From: a bacterium
Lineage (GTDB): Bacteria; UBA8248
DNA: 64,000 nt
Reading direction: 5' to 3'
Assembly: GCA_965207065.1 (NCBI GenBank)
Contig: OZ242260.1
Coordinates: 3,680,001 to 3,744,000 of the forward strand
This document shows, in pieces, positions 29,391-39,046 of the stretch. A program made the translations under genes and the position numbers. Positions within the stretch are counted from its first letter, which is position 1. Each line of letters begins with the position of its first letter. A model generated the notes under the pieces. That model was not told the origin of the DNA and made no database searches. It worked only from the letters and a program-made list of their open reading frames with translations.

Positions 29391-31355
29391 CTAAGCCCGC
29401 TTTTTTCTTCGCCTGCCCCAGCGCTCCGGCAGGAAGCAGACGATTGAGCCGAGCGTGAAGACGACGCCTCCCGCCCACACCCAGTTCACCAACGGGTTCA
29501 CCATGAACTTGAACGTGGCCGTGCCGTCGGGGTCCGCCTCTGCGAAGACGGCATAGATGTCCGAACGCGCCCCCCGGCGGATGCCGGGCTCCGTCGTCGG
29601 CTGCGGCGGCGTGAAATAAAGTCTTTTCTCCGGTTCCACTTCTCCGATGCGATACCCCGCCCGATAGACGCCCAGGCGCGCGAAGGCGGAGCGGTATTGC
29701 GGCGTCGTGTTCTCGCGAATCCCCTCATAGCGCATCCGTACGCCGTTGAGCGCGAAACTCTCGCCCAGGCGCAGTCGCACCTCACCCACTTCCTGATAGG
29801 CCGAGGACGCCGCTACGCCCACGAACAATATCGCCATTCCCAGGTGGACGATGTAGCCCCCGAATCGCCTCTTGTTGCGCATGGTGAGTTCCCACGCGGC
29901 CTGGACGATGCGCTCCCCCTGGTGACGAACGCGCGAGGATATACCCCGCCAATACTCCAAAACGATGGTTCCCACTACGAACGCGCTCAAACCGAACGCG
30001 AGCGCCGCGTATACGTGGTGGACGCCGAATAGCATCAAAACGACCAGGGCGCCCACGGCCACCACCGAGGGATAGACGAAACTCCTGTTCATCTGTTTTC
30101 GCGAGGTCCTGCGCCATGCGAAAAGAGGACCCGCGCCGCAAAGCAAAATCAGCAACAGCCCGATGGGCACGTTCACCTGATTGAAAAACGGCGGCCCCAC
30201 GGTGACCTTGACGCCCTTCACGGCTTCAGAGACGACCGGAAAAATCGTCCCCCAGAAGACGGCGAACGTGATGCCCATGAGTACGACGTTGTTGAGCAGA
30301 AAACTCGCCTCGCGCGAGAAGAAGCTCTCCATCTCGTGTTCGCTCTGAAGTTCGGGCAGACGCCAAATCATCAGGCCAAAGGATATGACGACCGCCACCA
30401 ATAAGTAGACCAGAAACGCCCAGCCGAACGATGAGTCCGCAAAGGCATGCACGCTCGAGATAATGCCGCTTCGCGTGAGGAAAGTGCCGAAAATCGTGAG
30501 TGCGTATGTGATGATGATGAGCGAGACGTTCCAGACCTTGAGCATCCCGCGTTTTTCCTGAATCATCACCGAATGCAGAAAAGCGGTCCCCACGAGCCAG
30601 GGCATGAGGCTCGCGTTCTCCACCGGGTCCCACGCCCAGTATCCGCCCCAGCCCAGTTCCTTGTAGGCCCATGCGCCGCCGAGCAGGATGCCGACGCCGT
30701 TGAAGAACCAGGCGAACAGCGTCCAGCGGCGCGTTGAGGTGATCCAGTCGGTATCGAGCTTGCCGCTCGCCAGGGCGCCGATGCAAAAGGCAAAAGGAAC
30801 GGCGAAACCCACGTAGCCGAGATACAGATTGGGCGGGTGGATCACCATCCCCCAATCCTGGAGCAGCGGGTTCAGGCCGCGTCCATCCGCTGGGGGGGTA
30901 GCAAGCGTATCAAAGGGCGGGGTGACGAAATTGAGAATCACCAGGAAGAAGAGCGCCGTGGCCATGAGCGTAGCCGTGACATACGGCATCAATTCCAGGT
31001 TCCTGTGGCGGTTTTGCCGGATGACGACGAACGCATACACGCACAAGAGCAAGAGCCACAGCAGTAGGCTGCCCTCCTGCCCTCCCCAGAACGCGCTGAA
31101 GCGGTAAAAGCCGTTCAACGTGTTGTTGACGTGTCCCGCCACGTATTCCACGCGGTAATCGCGCACCATCAACAGATAAACGAGGGCCACACTCGCGCCG
31201 CTCACCAGCCAGAAAACTCCGATGGCGGCGTTTCGGCCCGCGGCGATGAGGTCGGCCCTGCGCTTTATAGCGCCGAAAATGCAAGCTCCGATCCCGAACA
31301 CCGCCAGGACGAGCGACGCCAGCAAACTGTAATGTCCGAACTGGATGGCGATCAA
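29391..31355 (-). CDS. ccmF: Heme lyase CcmF
   Basis: WGGQEGSLLLW, GLNPLLQ, HPP, LGWGGYWAWDPVENAS, SVHAF. Confidence 0.97.
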   Translation of the reverse strand: MIAIQFGHYSLLASLVLAVFGIGACIFGAIKRRADLIAAGRNAAIGVFWLVSGASVALVYLLMVRDYRVEYVAGHVNNTLNGFYRFSAFWGGQEGSLLLWLLLLCVYAFVVIRQNRHRNLELMPYVTATLMATALFFLVILNFVTPPFDTLATPPADGRGLNPLLQDWGMVIHPPNLYLGYVGFAVPFAFCIGALASGKLDTDWITSTRRWTLFAWFFNGVGILLGGAWAYKELGWGGYWAWDPVENASLMPWLVGTAFLHSVMIQEKRGMLKVWNVSLIIITYALTIFGTFLTRSGIISSVHAFADSSFGWAFLVYLLVAVVISFGLMIWRLPELQSEHEMESFFSREASFLLNNVVLMGITFAVFWGTIFPVVSEAVKGVKVTVGPPFFNQVNVPIGLLLILLCGAGPLFAWRRTSRKQMNRSFVYPSVVAVGALVVLMLFGVHHVYAALAFGLSAFVVGTIVLEYWRGISSRVRHQGERIVQAAWELTMRNKRRFGGYIVHLGMAILFVGVAASSAYQEVGEVRLRLGESFALNGVRMRYEGIRENTTPQYRSAFARLGVYRAGYRIGEVEPEKRLYFTPPQPTTEPGIRRGARSDIYAVFAEADPDGTATFKFMVNPLVNWVWAGGVVFTLGSIVCFLPERWGRRRKKRA

Positions 31356-31428
31356 CTGAAGACTCCCGGGGTGGAGGGGATATTCAAGACAGCACGAGAT
31401 ACAAGGGTCTTTCCTCGCGGATTTGGGG

Positions 31429-31905
31429 CTAACGGGCCTCAGACATCTGCTTGCGCTTCGTGGCTTGTTTCATCAATGCCTCGTGATCCGTCGGTATGCT
31501 CTCCCCCGCCTCCTTCATTTCCTCGAATTTCGAGGGGCACGCTACCATCAGGTTCTTCGCCACCAAAACCCCTTTGCCGTTGAGCTTTCCCTCGGCAATG
31601 ACCGGAAACCCGTTCTCGAGCAAATCGGGGGGAACCCCCTTGTAACTCACGGGCAAGGTCCCCTTCTCACCCTGGATATGGAAGGCGAGCAGCATGGCGT
31701 CGGGATTTTTCTGGAGTGTCCTGGGCACAATCTTGCCCTGCACCCTGATGCCGCGTCCCCCCAGAGCCGGCGCCTTCTGGGACACCTCGTCCACGGTCAG
31801 GAAGTACACCAGATTCTCGCTCTGGAACCCTGAAATGGCCAGATAGGCGAAAGCGCTCAAGATGACAACGCCCGCGATAATAAACTTGATTTTCTGAACG
31901 CTCAT
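31429..31905 (-). CDS. ccmE: Heme chaperone CcmE, Cys-type variant
   Basis: N-terminal TM, VYFLT, IRVQG, VSYKGVPPDL, heme-site motif ACPSKF in place of HxxxY. Confidence 0.88.
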   Translation of the reverse strand: MSVQKIKFIIAGVVILSAFAYLAISGFQSENLVYFLTVDEVSQKAPALGGRGIRVQGKIVPRTLQKNPDAMLLAFHIQGEKGTLPVSYKGVPPDLLENGFPVIAEGKLNGKGVLVAKNLMVACPSKFEEMKEAGESIPTDHEALMKQATKRKQMSEAR

Positions 31906-31941
31906 CCATTACCTCTCGGCGGCCCAAAACAGCGTCTGTCA

Positions 31942-31970
31942 AGAATACGACGCTCGTATGTTTCTTTCAA
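31942..31970 (-). promoter_or_regulatory. Putative sigma70 promoter for ccm operon
   Basis: TTGAAA-N17-TATTCT on the minus strand. Confidence 0.5.
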
Positions 31971-32015
31971 CCGAGCCGTGGGCATAGCCTCCACATAACT
32001 CAACTTTTTTCAAAG

Positions 32016-32046
32016 AAAAACCGGCGGGGTCCAATAACCCCGCCGG
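32016..32046 (-). terminator. Intrinsic terminator after ilvC
   Basis: 10-bp stem CCGGCGGGGT/ACCCCGCCGG with T-run on the minus strand. Confidence 0.75.
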
Positions 32047-32070
32047 CCAGAAATGCTCGAAATTGCCCTC

Positions 32071-33108
32071 TTATACCACTTCCCGTTCCTCGATCCAGGG
32101 CATCATCGCGCGCAGGCGGCGGCCGACCACCTCGATGTCGTGCTCCTTCTCCTTGCGCACCACGGTGTTGAACGTAGGCCGGTTCACCATGTTCTCGTTG
32201 ATCCACTCGCTGGCGAATTTGCCGGTCTGGATGTCACGCAGGATTCCGCGCATCCGCTCACGTGTCGCATCGTCGATAACGACCTTGCCCCGTGTGATGT
32301 CTCCGTACTCGGCGGTATCCGAAACCGAATAGCGCATCATGGTGATGCCACCCTGGTAGATCAGGTCGGTGATCAACTTCACCTCGTGGAGGCACTCGAA
32401 ATAAGCAAGCGCGGGCTGGTAACCCGCTTCCACGAGCGTTTCGAACGCGACGCGAATCAACTCGGTGATGCCGCCGCATAGCACCGCCTGCTCGCCGAAG
32501 AGGTCCGTCTCGGTCTCCTCTTCGATGGTCGTCTCGATGATGCCGGCGCGGGCGCAGCCCACCGCCTTGCCGTAAGCCAGGGCGTATTCTTTCGCCTTGC
32601 CCGTGGCGTCCTGAAAAACGGCCACCAAACCCGGCACGCCGCGCCCGTCCTCATATTGGAACCGCATGGTGTGGCCCGGGCTTTTGGGCGCGATCATCAC
32701 GACGTCGATGTTCTCGGGAGGAATGATTTGTCCGTAATTCAGGTTGAAGCCATGAGCAACCACCAGGGCGTCGCCGTCTTTCATGTTGGGCGCAATGTCC
32801 GCATTCCAGATTGCGGGCTGGAGATGATCCTGCGTGAGGATGACCACCATGTCGCCCGCCTTGGCCGCCTCGGCCGTTTCCATCACCTCGAGGCCGTCAT
32901 CTTCGACCTGCTTCCACCGGGGGGAAGTTTTCCTGAGACCCACGACGACGTCCGCGCCGCTGTCCTGTGCGTTCAGCGCATGGGCGCGCCCCTGGCTTCC
33001 GTAGCCGATGACGGCGATTTTTCTGTTTTGAAGCAGATTCAGATCCGCATCGGCGTCATAGTAAATTTTCAGGTCTTTTAATAATTGTTCTTCATTCGCT
33101 TCGCTCAT
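32071..33108 (-). CDS. ilvC: Ketol-acid reductoisomerase
   Basis: [47 protein letters not shown]. Confidence 0.97.
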   Translation of the reverse strand: MSEANEEQLLKDLKIYYDADADLNLLQNRKIAVIGYGSQGRAHALNAQDSGADVVVGLRKTSPRWKQVEDDGLEVMETAEAAKAGDMVVILTQDHLQPAIWNADIAPNMKDGDALVVAHGFNLNYGQIIPPENIDVVMIAPKSPGHTMRFQYEDGRGVPGLVAVFQDATGKAKEYALAYGKAVGCARAGIIETTIEEETETDLFGEQAVLCGGITELIRVAFETLVEAGYQPALAYFECLHEVKLITDLIYQGGITMMRYSVSDTAEYGDITRGKVVIDDATRERMRGILRDIQTGKFASEWINENMVNRPTFNTVVRKEKEHDIEVVGRRLRAMMPWIEEREVV

Positions 33109-33235
33109 GGCCTTTGGCCCTCCAGGATTCGCAGCCCTCGCCGCGCCATCAAAAAACGATCAACATGTGCGGAAAACACCCGCCTCTCGAAAAGTAGTCG
33201 GCTTCTCGTGGGAAACCGCTGAAAAAAGAGACCAT

Positions 33236-33264
33236 AATCTAGGAGCCGGAAGCGGGAGCGTCAA
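33236..33264 (-). promoter_or_regulatory. Putative sigma70 promoter for ilvC
   Basis: TTGACG-N17-TAGATT on the minus strand. Confidence 0.55.
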
Positions 33265-33402
33265 GGCGCTCAAGACATCGGGGGGCGAATTCAAAAACAC
33301 CGCATTCCTTCCTCGGGCCCGTCCGCTCAAAAGCCCACTGCGAGTACCGCTCCGGTCTCTGGCGGAAGCATTTTGCTCCCCGGCAGAGGGCCCCTGACAC
33401 GC

Positions 33403-33436
33403 AAAAAAGCCGAAGCAATAACGCCCCGGCTTTTTT
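33403..33436 (-). terminator. Terminator-like inverted repeat after the desaturase
   Basis: AAAAAAGCCG...CGGCTTTTTT. Confidence 0.55.
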
Positions 33437-33447
33437 AGAATTTTCTT

Positions 33448-34944
33448 CTATATCGCAGAGGTGATGACGGGCCTGTCGATTCCCTTGAAGGCGACCGCAA
33501 TCTCATCGGCTGCTTTCGAGGCCGCATCCGCCGCTTCCTGCGCAAGCGCTTTTGCTCTTTCAACCGCCTGATGAGCGGATTCCGTCGCCCTGTCTTTCGC
33601 ATCCGCCAGATACGCGCTCGCTTGGGCCGAGAACTCGGCGGCTTCCGCCGCTGCGTATTTGGCCTGCTCGACTGCCGCCATCGCCAAATCCTTTGCCTTT
33701 TCCAGCATCTGGCGAACAGCCTGGTCGGTATCTTCTTCTTTATGCCGAAGCGCATGCGATGCATGCTCAAGGGCCGTATCCACCGATTCCATGGCCTTTT
33801 GGGCCGATTTCGCCGCAGCCTCGCTCGCTTCCGTCAAAGAAGGCATTCTGGGAATTTCCAGCGGCATCGTCGGGTCCGTCATCGTGTGAAGAATCTCGGC
33901 CCGGACTTCCTCCGAGGCCAGTCTTCTCGCCTCGGAGGCGCGCAAGCCCTCCTCGTCCACCATGATGTCGAGCCTCTTCGCCACCACGCGCTGGCTGGGC
34001 TCCCTCACCCCCCAGACCAAGCCTACGAGTTCCAACATCTTGATGAGCCGGTAGGTGATGTCCACCTCGAACCACCGTTGACCGTGGGCGGCCGAGCGCT
34101 GGTCCGCATGGTGGTTGTTGTGCCACCCCTCACCGAAGGAAAGCAGTGCGACGAGCCAGTTGTTGGTGCTTTCCTCGTCCGTGTTGTAATTGCGGTAGCC
34201 GAAGGTGTGCGTCACCGAATTCACCGCCCAGGTGTTGTGCCACAAAACGACCGTCCGCACGAATACGCCCCAAACGAGCCAGGACATGCCCAAGCCGCCG
34301 TATAATTCCCCGGCGAAGTAGATCGCCACCGCCGTCAGAACATAGATGGGGAAAAAGAATTTATCGAAAAAACGCTGCCATTTATCGCGGTGTAAATCCT
34401 TTGCGAAGCGCGAATACTCGTCATAGGTGTGCGCGTCCGGCAAGTTGACGAAAAGCCATCCCGCATGCGCCCACAGAAAACTCACGAGCGGGGAATGGGG
34501 GTCGGGCTCCTCGTCCGATTCCTTGTGGTGGATGCGGTGCATCGCCACCCACTCGATGGGTCCGCTCTGAAGCGCCTGGCAGGCGCAAAACGTGAAGAAA
34601 TACTCGACCGGCTTATACGTCTGGAAACTTCTGTGGGTCAGAAGCCGGTGATAGGAAATCGTCACACCCAGCATACCGGCCACGTAATACATGACGATTC
34701 CCACGACGAGACCGGAGACGCTGAAATAGTCCAGATCAAAAGCCATCAGGGCGAGCAGGTGAATCAACCCGATGACGAAGATGGTGCTCCACTGGAGCTT
34801 TCGTTCGTCTTTTCTGTGAATAGCGAGGCTGTGCTTCTTCGGAACCGTAGACAAGGGTTTTCTCCCATTCTCGAATAATCTATCTACAAGAGCATCCCAG
34901 AATTTCATTTCAGGTATGAGCGGACGATCAAGCGATGTTGCCAA
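33448..34944 (-). CDS. Delta-9 acyl-CoA/acyl-lipid desaturase with long Ala-rich C-terminal extension
   Basis: His boxes HRLLTH, HRIHH, HNNHH; DPHSP, GEGWHNNHH; about 170 extra C-terminal residues. Confidence 0.9.
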   Translation of the reverse strand: MATSLDRPLIPEMKFWDALVDRLFENGRKPLSTVPKKHSLAIHRKDERKLQWSTIFVIGLIHLLALMAFDLDYFSVSGLVVGIVMYYVAGMLGVTISYHRLLTHRSFQTYKPVEYFFTFCACQALQSGPIEWVAMHRIHHKESDEEPDPHSPLVSFLWAHAGWLFVNLPDAHTYDEYSRFAKDLHRDKWQRFFDKFFFPIYVLTAVAIYFAGELYGGLGMSWLVWGVFVRTVVLWHNTWAVNSVTHTFGYRNYNTDEESTNNWLVALLSFGEGWHNNHHADQRSAAHGQRWFEVDITYRLIKMLELVGLVWGVREPSQRVVAKRLDIMVDEEGLRASEARRLASEEVRAEILHTMTDPTMPLEIPRMPSLTEASEAAAKSAQKAMESVDTALEHASHALRHKEEDTDQAVRQMLEKAKDLAMAAVEQAKYAAAEAAEFSAQASAYLADAKDRATESAHQAVERAKALAQEAADAASKAADEIAVAFKGIDRPVITSAI

Positions 34945-35195
34945 GTCAATCTTCAGTCAAACTCAACATTTTGAGCAATCCCAAATATAATGGGCCAGAC
35001 GGGATCAGAAATCAAGTCCCCGAAAAGAAACAATGTCTCCTGGCAACACATCTTTACAAACTTTTACCGTCGCGCGGCCATGAGGGCGCAACACCCGGAA
35101 ACACAGGAGAATTCACTCGTCCGCGTTGTCATTTGGCAGATTCTCCCGTAAGAAACGTATTCCATATCCACACGTCATCCTGTGAGGAGAATACC

Positions 35196-36080
35196 ATGCC
35201 CGAAGTGAGAACAAACGGGGTCAATCTGTATTACGAAGCCAGCGGCGAGGGTGCGCCCATCGTCTTCGTTCATGAATTCGCGGGAGACTGCCGCAGTTGG
35301 GAGGATCAGGTCCGGTATTTCAACCGCAGATACCGGGTCATCACCTATAACGCGAGAGGATTTCCGCCCTCCGAAGTGCCGGAAGACGCATCGCAATACA
35401 GCCAGGACATCGCCGTGAACGACCTGGCCGGCCTCATCAGTGATCTGGGCCTCGCGCCCGCCCACGTCGTAGGACTATCGATGGGCGGCTATGCGACTCT
35501 CCACCTTGGCCTCCGCCACCCGGAACTTACCCGCTCCATCGTCGTGGCCGGGTGCGGCTACGGCTCCGAAATGGATCAGCGCGAAAGATTCCAAAAAGAC
35601 GCAGAAATTGTGGCCGACCGGTTCCTGAGCGAGAGCTTGGAGAAGTTCGGCCCCGTCTACACCGCCGGCCCCACGCGCATGCAACTGAAAAGAAAAGACG
35701 CGATCGGCTACCAGAAATTCATCGACCACTTCATGAGCCATTCCCCTCTGGGCTGCTCGAACACGATGCGCGGGGTACAGAGCGCGAGGCCTTCGGTCTA
35801 TGAACTCGGAGAGCAGATGAAGAACTGCTCCGTGCCTACGCTCGTTCTCACGGGAGATGAGGACTTCCCCTGCCTGGAGCCCGGGCTGTTCATAAAGCGC
35901 AACATCCAGACGGCCGCCCTCGTCACCTTCCCCAACTCCGGCCACCTTATCAACCTCGAAGAACCCGCCATGTTTAACCGCACCGTTCTCGAGTTCATCA
36001 CCGAGGTGGACGCCGGACGTTGGCCGATGCGCGACCCGCTCTCGATGGGAGAATCCGCGTTACTGCCGGACGAGGAATAG
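35196..36080 (+). CDS. Alpha/beta hydrolase (enol-lactonase/RutD-like)
   Basis: VHEFAG, GLSMGG nucleophile elbow, GHLINLEEP; GAGGAG RBS before ATG 35196. Confidence 0.88.
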   Translation: MPEVRTNGVNLYYEASGEGAPIVFVHEFAGDCRSWEDQVRYFNRRYRVITYNARGFPPSEVPEDASQYSQDIAVNDLAGLISDLGLAPAHVVGLSMGGYATLHLGLRHPELTRSIVVAGCGYGSEMDQRERFQKDAEIVADRFLSESLEKFGPVYTAGPTRMQLKRKDAIGYQKFIDHFMSHSPLGCSNTMRGVQSARPSVYELGEQMKNCSVPTLVLTGDEDFPCLEPGLFIKRNIQTAALVTFPNSGHLINLEEPAMFNRTVLEFITEVDAGRWPMRDPLSMGESALLPDEE

Positions 36081-36103
36081 TTATTTCAGGTCAAGGAGAA
36101 AAC

Positions 36104-36865
36104 ATGCCGGGCAAGCTGGAAGGAAAGAGAACCATCGTCACGGGCGCCTCATCGGGCATCGGTGCGGCCATCACGCGCAGATTCAGCACGGAGGGCGCAT
36201 CCATATGGGCAGCGGGCGGTTTCAACCAGGAACGCCTGAGTGGAATCATCACCGAATGTGGCGCAGGAGGCGGAAAAATCGACGGTCGATGCTATGACCT
36301 GAGAGACGCGAGAAAAGCAAACGACCTCATGAGCGACGGCGCACAATTCCTGGGCGGTCTCGACATCATGGTGAATTGCGCCGCCATGCGAGGGCACAAG
36401 AGTTTTCTTGAATTCACCGACGAGCAAATTGACGACCTATACGAAGTGAATGCGAAATCCGTGTTCATCGCCACGCGCGAGGCGGCCAGGCTCATGGCGC
36501 CCCAAGGAAAGGGAAAAATCCTGATGATCGGCTCCATCGACGGCGAGCGCGGAGTCCCCGGCAACGCCCTCTATTGCGCTACGAAGACCTCCATGCACAA
36601 CTTGACGCGCGCCCTGGCCGTGGAACTCGGCCCTCTTGGGCTGCGCGTCAACTGTCTCATGCCGGGTACCACCGAGAGCGAGCGCGTGAAGGAGATCCAC
36701 ATCAACGATCCCGTGCGCGCCCAGGCGAAACTGCCCCGTATACCCGTGAACCGCTTTGCGACTCCCGAGGAAATGGCCGTAGTATCGCTCTTCATGGCCT
36801 CGGACGAAAATGATTTCATGAACGGCGCCTTCATCTCTTGCGACGGCGGCACACTGGCGATGTAG
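36104..36865 (+). CDS. Short-chain dehydrogenase/reductase (SDR)
   Basis: TGASSGIG, YCATK, RVNCLMPG; AAGGAG RBS. Confidence 0.92.
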   Translation: MPGKLEGKRTIVTGASSGIGAAITRRFSTEGASIWAAGGFNQERLSGIITECGAGGGKIDGRCYDLRDARKANDLMSDGAQFLGGLDIMVNCAAMRGHKSFLEFTDEQIDDLYEVNAKSVFIATREAARLMAPQGKGKILMIGSIDGERGVPGNALYCATKTSMHNLTRALAVELGPLGLRVNCLMPGTTESERVKEIHINDPVRAQAKLPRIPVNRFATPEEMAVVSLFMASDENDFMNGAFISCDGGTLAM

Positions 36866-36948
36866 CCGGACTGCGGTCCTTGGGAAGAGGAATACCCCGA
36901 CCATAAGAAAACATCACGATTTGCCAACCCACGGAGGTTTATCGAGCG

Positions 36949-38319
36949 ATGAAGAAAGCCCCTATCGTTTGTGAGGATGTCTCCCCCGCATTCCCGCCCT
37001 ATCCGGTGGCAGTCAAGGCCGGCGAGCTATTGTTCGTCTCAGGATTAAGACCCGTCGGCCCGGCTGGATTCGCAGACCTGCCCGAAGCCGGACGCGAGCA
37101 GATGCAGGGCTACCCGCTCGCCGACCTCACGGAAGAGCGAGTCGTCGCCGACTCCTGGGCTGTCCACGACAGCCTCGAAAAAGTTCTCGTCGCGGCGGGC
37201 ACGCATCGCGACCAGGTGCTGCGCCAGCATATCTGGCAGCGCGACAAGCGTTATTTTCCCAACTACGAACAAGTCCGGGTGCACTGGCAGCCGACGCCCG
37301 CACCGAGCAGCGGGCTGGGCGTGACTGACGTAATCGGGCGCGGCAGACACTGGATCGGTGTCGACGCCATCGCTGCCTGCACGCAAACCGGCGGCGTGTT
37401 CGGCGAACGCGAGGTGATGACCGACGTCTACAACCCGGATCTTCCCGCGGCCTCGCACTACTGCCAGGCGATACGCTCGGGCCCGTTCGCCTTTTTCGCC
37501 GGGCACATCCCGATCAAGACCGCAGAGCCCGGTAAACCGCTGGTCAACTCCTATGACGACGTGCCTGAGGAGGGTCGTTTCCTCTCAACTGGGCGCAGCC
37601 ATCCCGATAGCCGCCACGGCCCCATCGCATCGCAAACATGGTACGTCTTCAACGAGTTGCGCCGCACGCTCGCGGGCCACGGCATGGATATGGAAGACGT
37701 CGTGAACGTGTCGATTTTCCTGAGCGACCTGCGCGATTACTCCACGTACCACCGGGTACACACCCATTTCTTCCCGGAGGTTCAACCATCGCTTTGCGTC
37801 GTGGGATTCGACGAAGTGGGCCACCGCGGCACGCGCATCGAAATCGAAATCACCGCCATGGACAGGCGCAGTGGGCTCACCCGCCAGTCGTTCCCCTGGC
37901 CGGGGACGGCGCCCTTCGCGGCTCCCGCCGTCACGCAGGCGGGGCCGGTTTGTTACTTCTCGGGCATGGTGGGCGTCGCCGAGGCGGGAGCGCTCGTGCG
38001 GGGCGCCGATTCCCTTACCGAAGCAGGGCGGCGCGCCGTGTTGCCTATGGAAAAATTTGAGCGGCGGCCGGGTCTCGCCGCGCAATGCTGGATGGCGTGG
38101 GAACAGCTACGCGCCGCCGCGGCGGGTGCGGATATGGAACTGGCGGACATCGCCATGACCAGGGTGTACCTCTCCGACCCGGCGGACTTGGGCGTGTACG
38201 AGGCGGTTCGCGAGACCTTCATCGACGAGGACCTGCCCGCGTTCGAGTGCGTGATCGTGCATGGTCCCGGTCCGGTTGCGGAATCGCTGGTCCAAATCGA
38301 CGCTATCGGAATGAAATAA
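36949..38319 (+). CDS. Triple-domain RidA/YjgF-family protein
   Basis: Three ~150-aa repeats each beginning A.x.x.G..(L/F).SG/AG and ending (I/V).(V/I)(D/E)(A/I).(A/G). Confidence 0.8.
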   Translation: MKKAPIVCEDVSPAFPPYPVAVKAGELLFVSGLRPVGPAGFADLPEAGREQMQGYPLADLTEERVVADSWAVHDSLEKVLVAAGTHRDQVLRQHIWQRDKRYFPNYEQVRVHWQPTPAPSSGLGVTDVIGRGRHWIGVDAIAACTQTGGVFGEREVMTDVYNPDLPAASHYCQAIRSGPFAFFAGHIPIKTAEPGKPLVNSYDDVPEEGRFLSTGRSHPDSRHGPIASQTWYVFNELRRTLAGHGMDMEDVVNVSIFLSDLRDYSTYHRVHTHFFPEVQPSLCVVGFDEVGHRGTRIEIEITAMDRRSGLTRQSFPWPGTAPFAAPAVTQAGPVCYFSGMVGVAEAGALVRGADSLTEAGRRAVLPMEKFERRPGLAAQCWMAWEQLRAAAAGADMELADIAMTRVYLSDPADLGVYEAVRETFIDEDLPAFECVIVHGPGPVAESLVQIDAIGMK

Positions 38320-38349
38320 CGGGAACGACAAAAACGACGCCTTGCGGGG

Positions 38350-39033
38350 TCAGAACCAGGCCCACAAATCTTCCTTTGCGCGAAGTTCCTCGCTGTCTCC
38401 GTCGAAAACGATGCGCCCGCCTTTGAGCACGATTGCGCGCTCGACAACGTCCAGGGCGGCGAGCACGTTCTGCTCGACGAGGATCAGTCCGGTACCGAGT
38501 TCTGAGTTGATACGCGAGAGCGAGCCCAGCACGCTTTTCACGATTGCCGGAGCGAGGCCGGCGGTCGGCTCGTCGAGCAGGAGGATTTGGGGCCGCGTCA
38601 TCAAGGCCAGCGCGACCGCGAGCATCTGCTGCTCTCCACCGCTCATGTCGCCTGCGAGCTGGTCCTGGCGTTCCCGCAGCAGCGGAAAAAGGGCAAAAGC
38701 CTCCTCGAGAAACGAGGAGTCTGACTTCGAACCGGCGATGTGGAGGTTCTGCTCGACCGTGAGGTTCGGAAAAACGTTCTGGACCTGCGGCACGAAGCCG
38801 ATTCCCAGCATGACGTTGCGGTGAACCTGATCCGGCACGATGGGCGAACCACCGAAATCCACGTCGCCGGAAACATCCCTGACGCCACCCACCAGACACT
38901 TGAGAAACGTCGACTTGCCCGAACCGTTGTGACCGAATATTCCTATCCGCACACTGGTCTCGAAAGACAGCGACACGTCGTTCACGGCGATAAGCGGCCC
39001 GTAGCGGGCCGTGAGGTTTTGGACTTCGAACAT
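38350..39033 (-). CDS. Branched-chain amino acid-type ABC ATPase (LivF-like)
   Basis: GHNGSGKST, MSGGEQQML, LLDEPTAGLAP, LVEQN. Confidence 0.9.
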   Translation of the reverse strand: MFEVQNLTARYGPLIAVNDVSLSFETSVRIGIFGHNGSGKSTFLKCLVGGVRDVSGDVDFGGSPIVPDQVHRNVMLGIGFVPQVQNVFPNLTVEQNLHIAGSKSDSSFLEEAFALFPLLRERQDQLAGDMSGGEQQMLAVALALMTRPQILLLDEPTAGLAPAIVKSVLGSLSRINSELGTGLILVEQNVLAALDVVERAIVLKGGRIVFDGDSEELRAKEDLWAWF

Positions 39034-39046
39034 CGTTCTCTCTCGA

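Noticed and set aside
33109..33400. Attenuator or T-box upstream of ilvC
   Set aside because: No Ile/Leu/Val-rich leader peptide or T-box motif seen; only a promoter
34935..35195. N-terminal extensions in the ORF track for the hydrolase (likewise Liv ATPases, SBP, OYE, CapA, TlpA)
   Set aside because: Artefacts of longest-ORF calling; downstream starts with better RBS or operon spacing match the family N-termini
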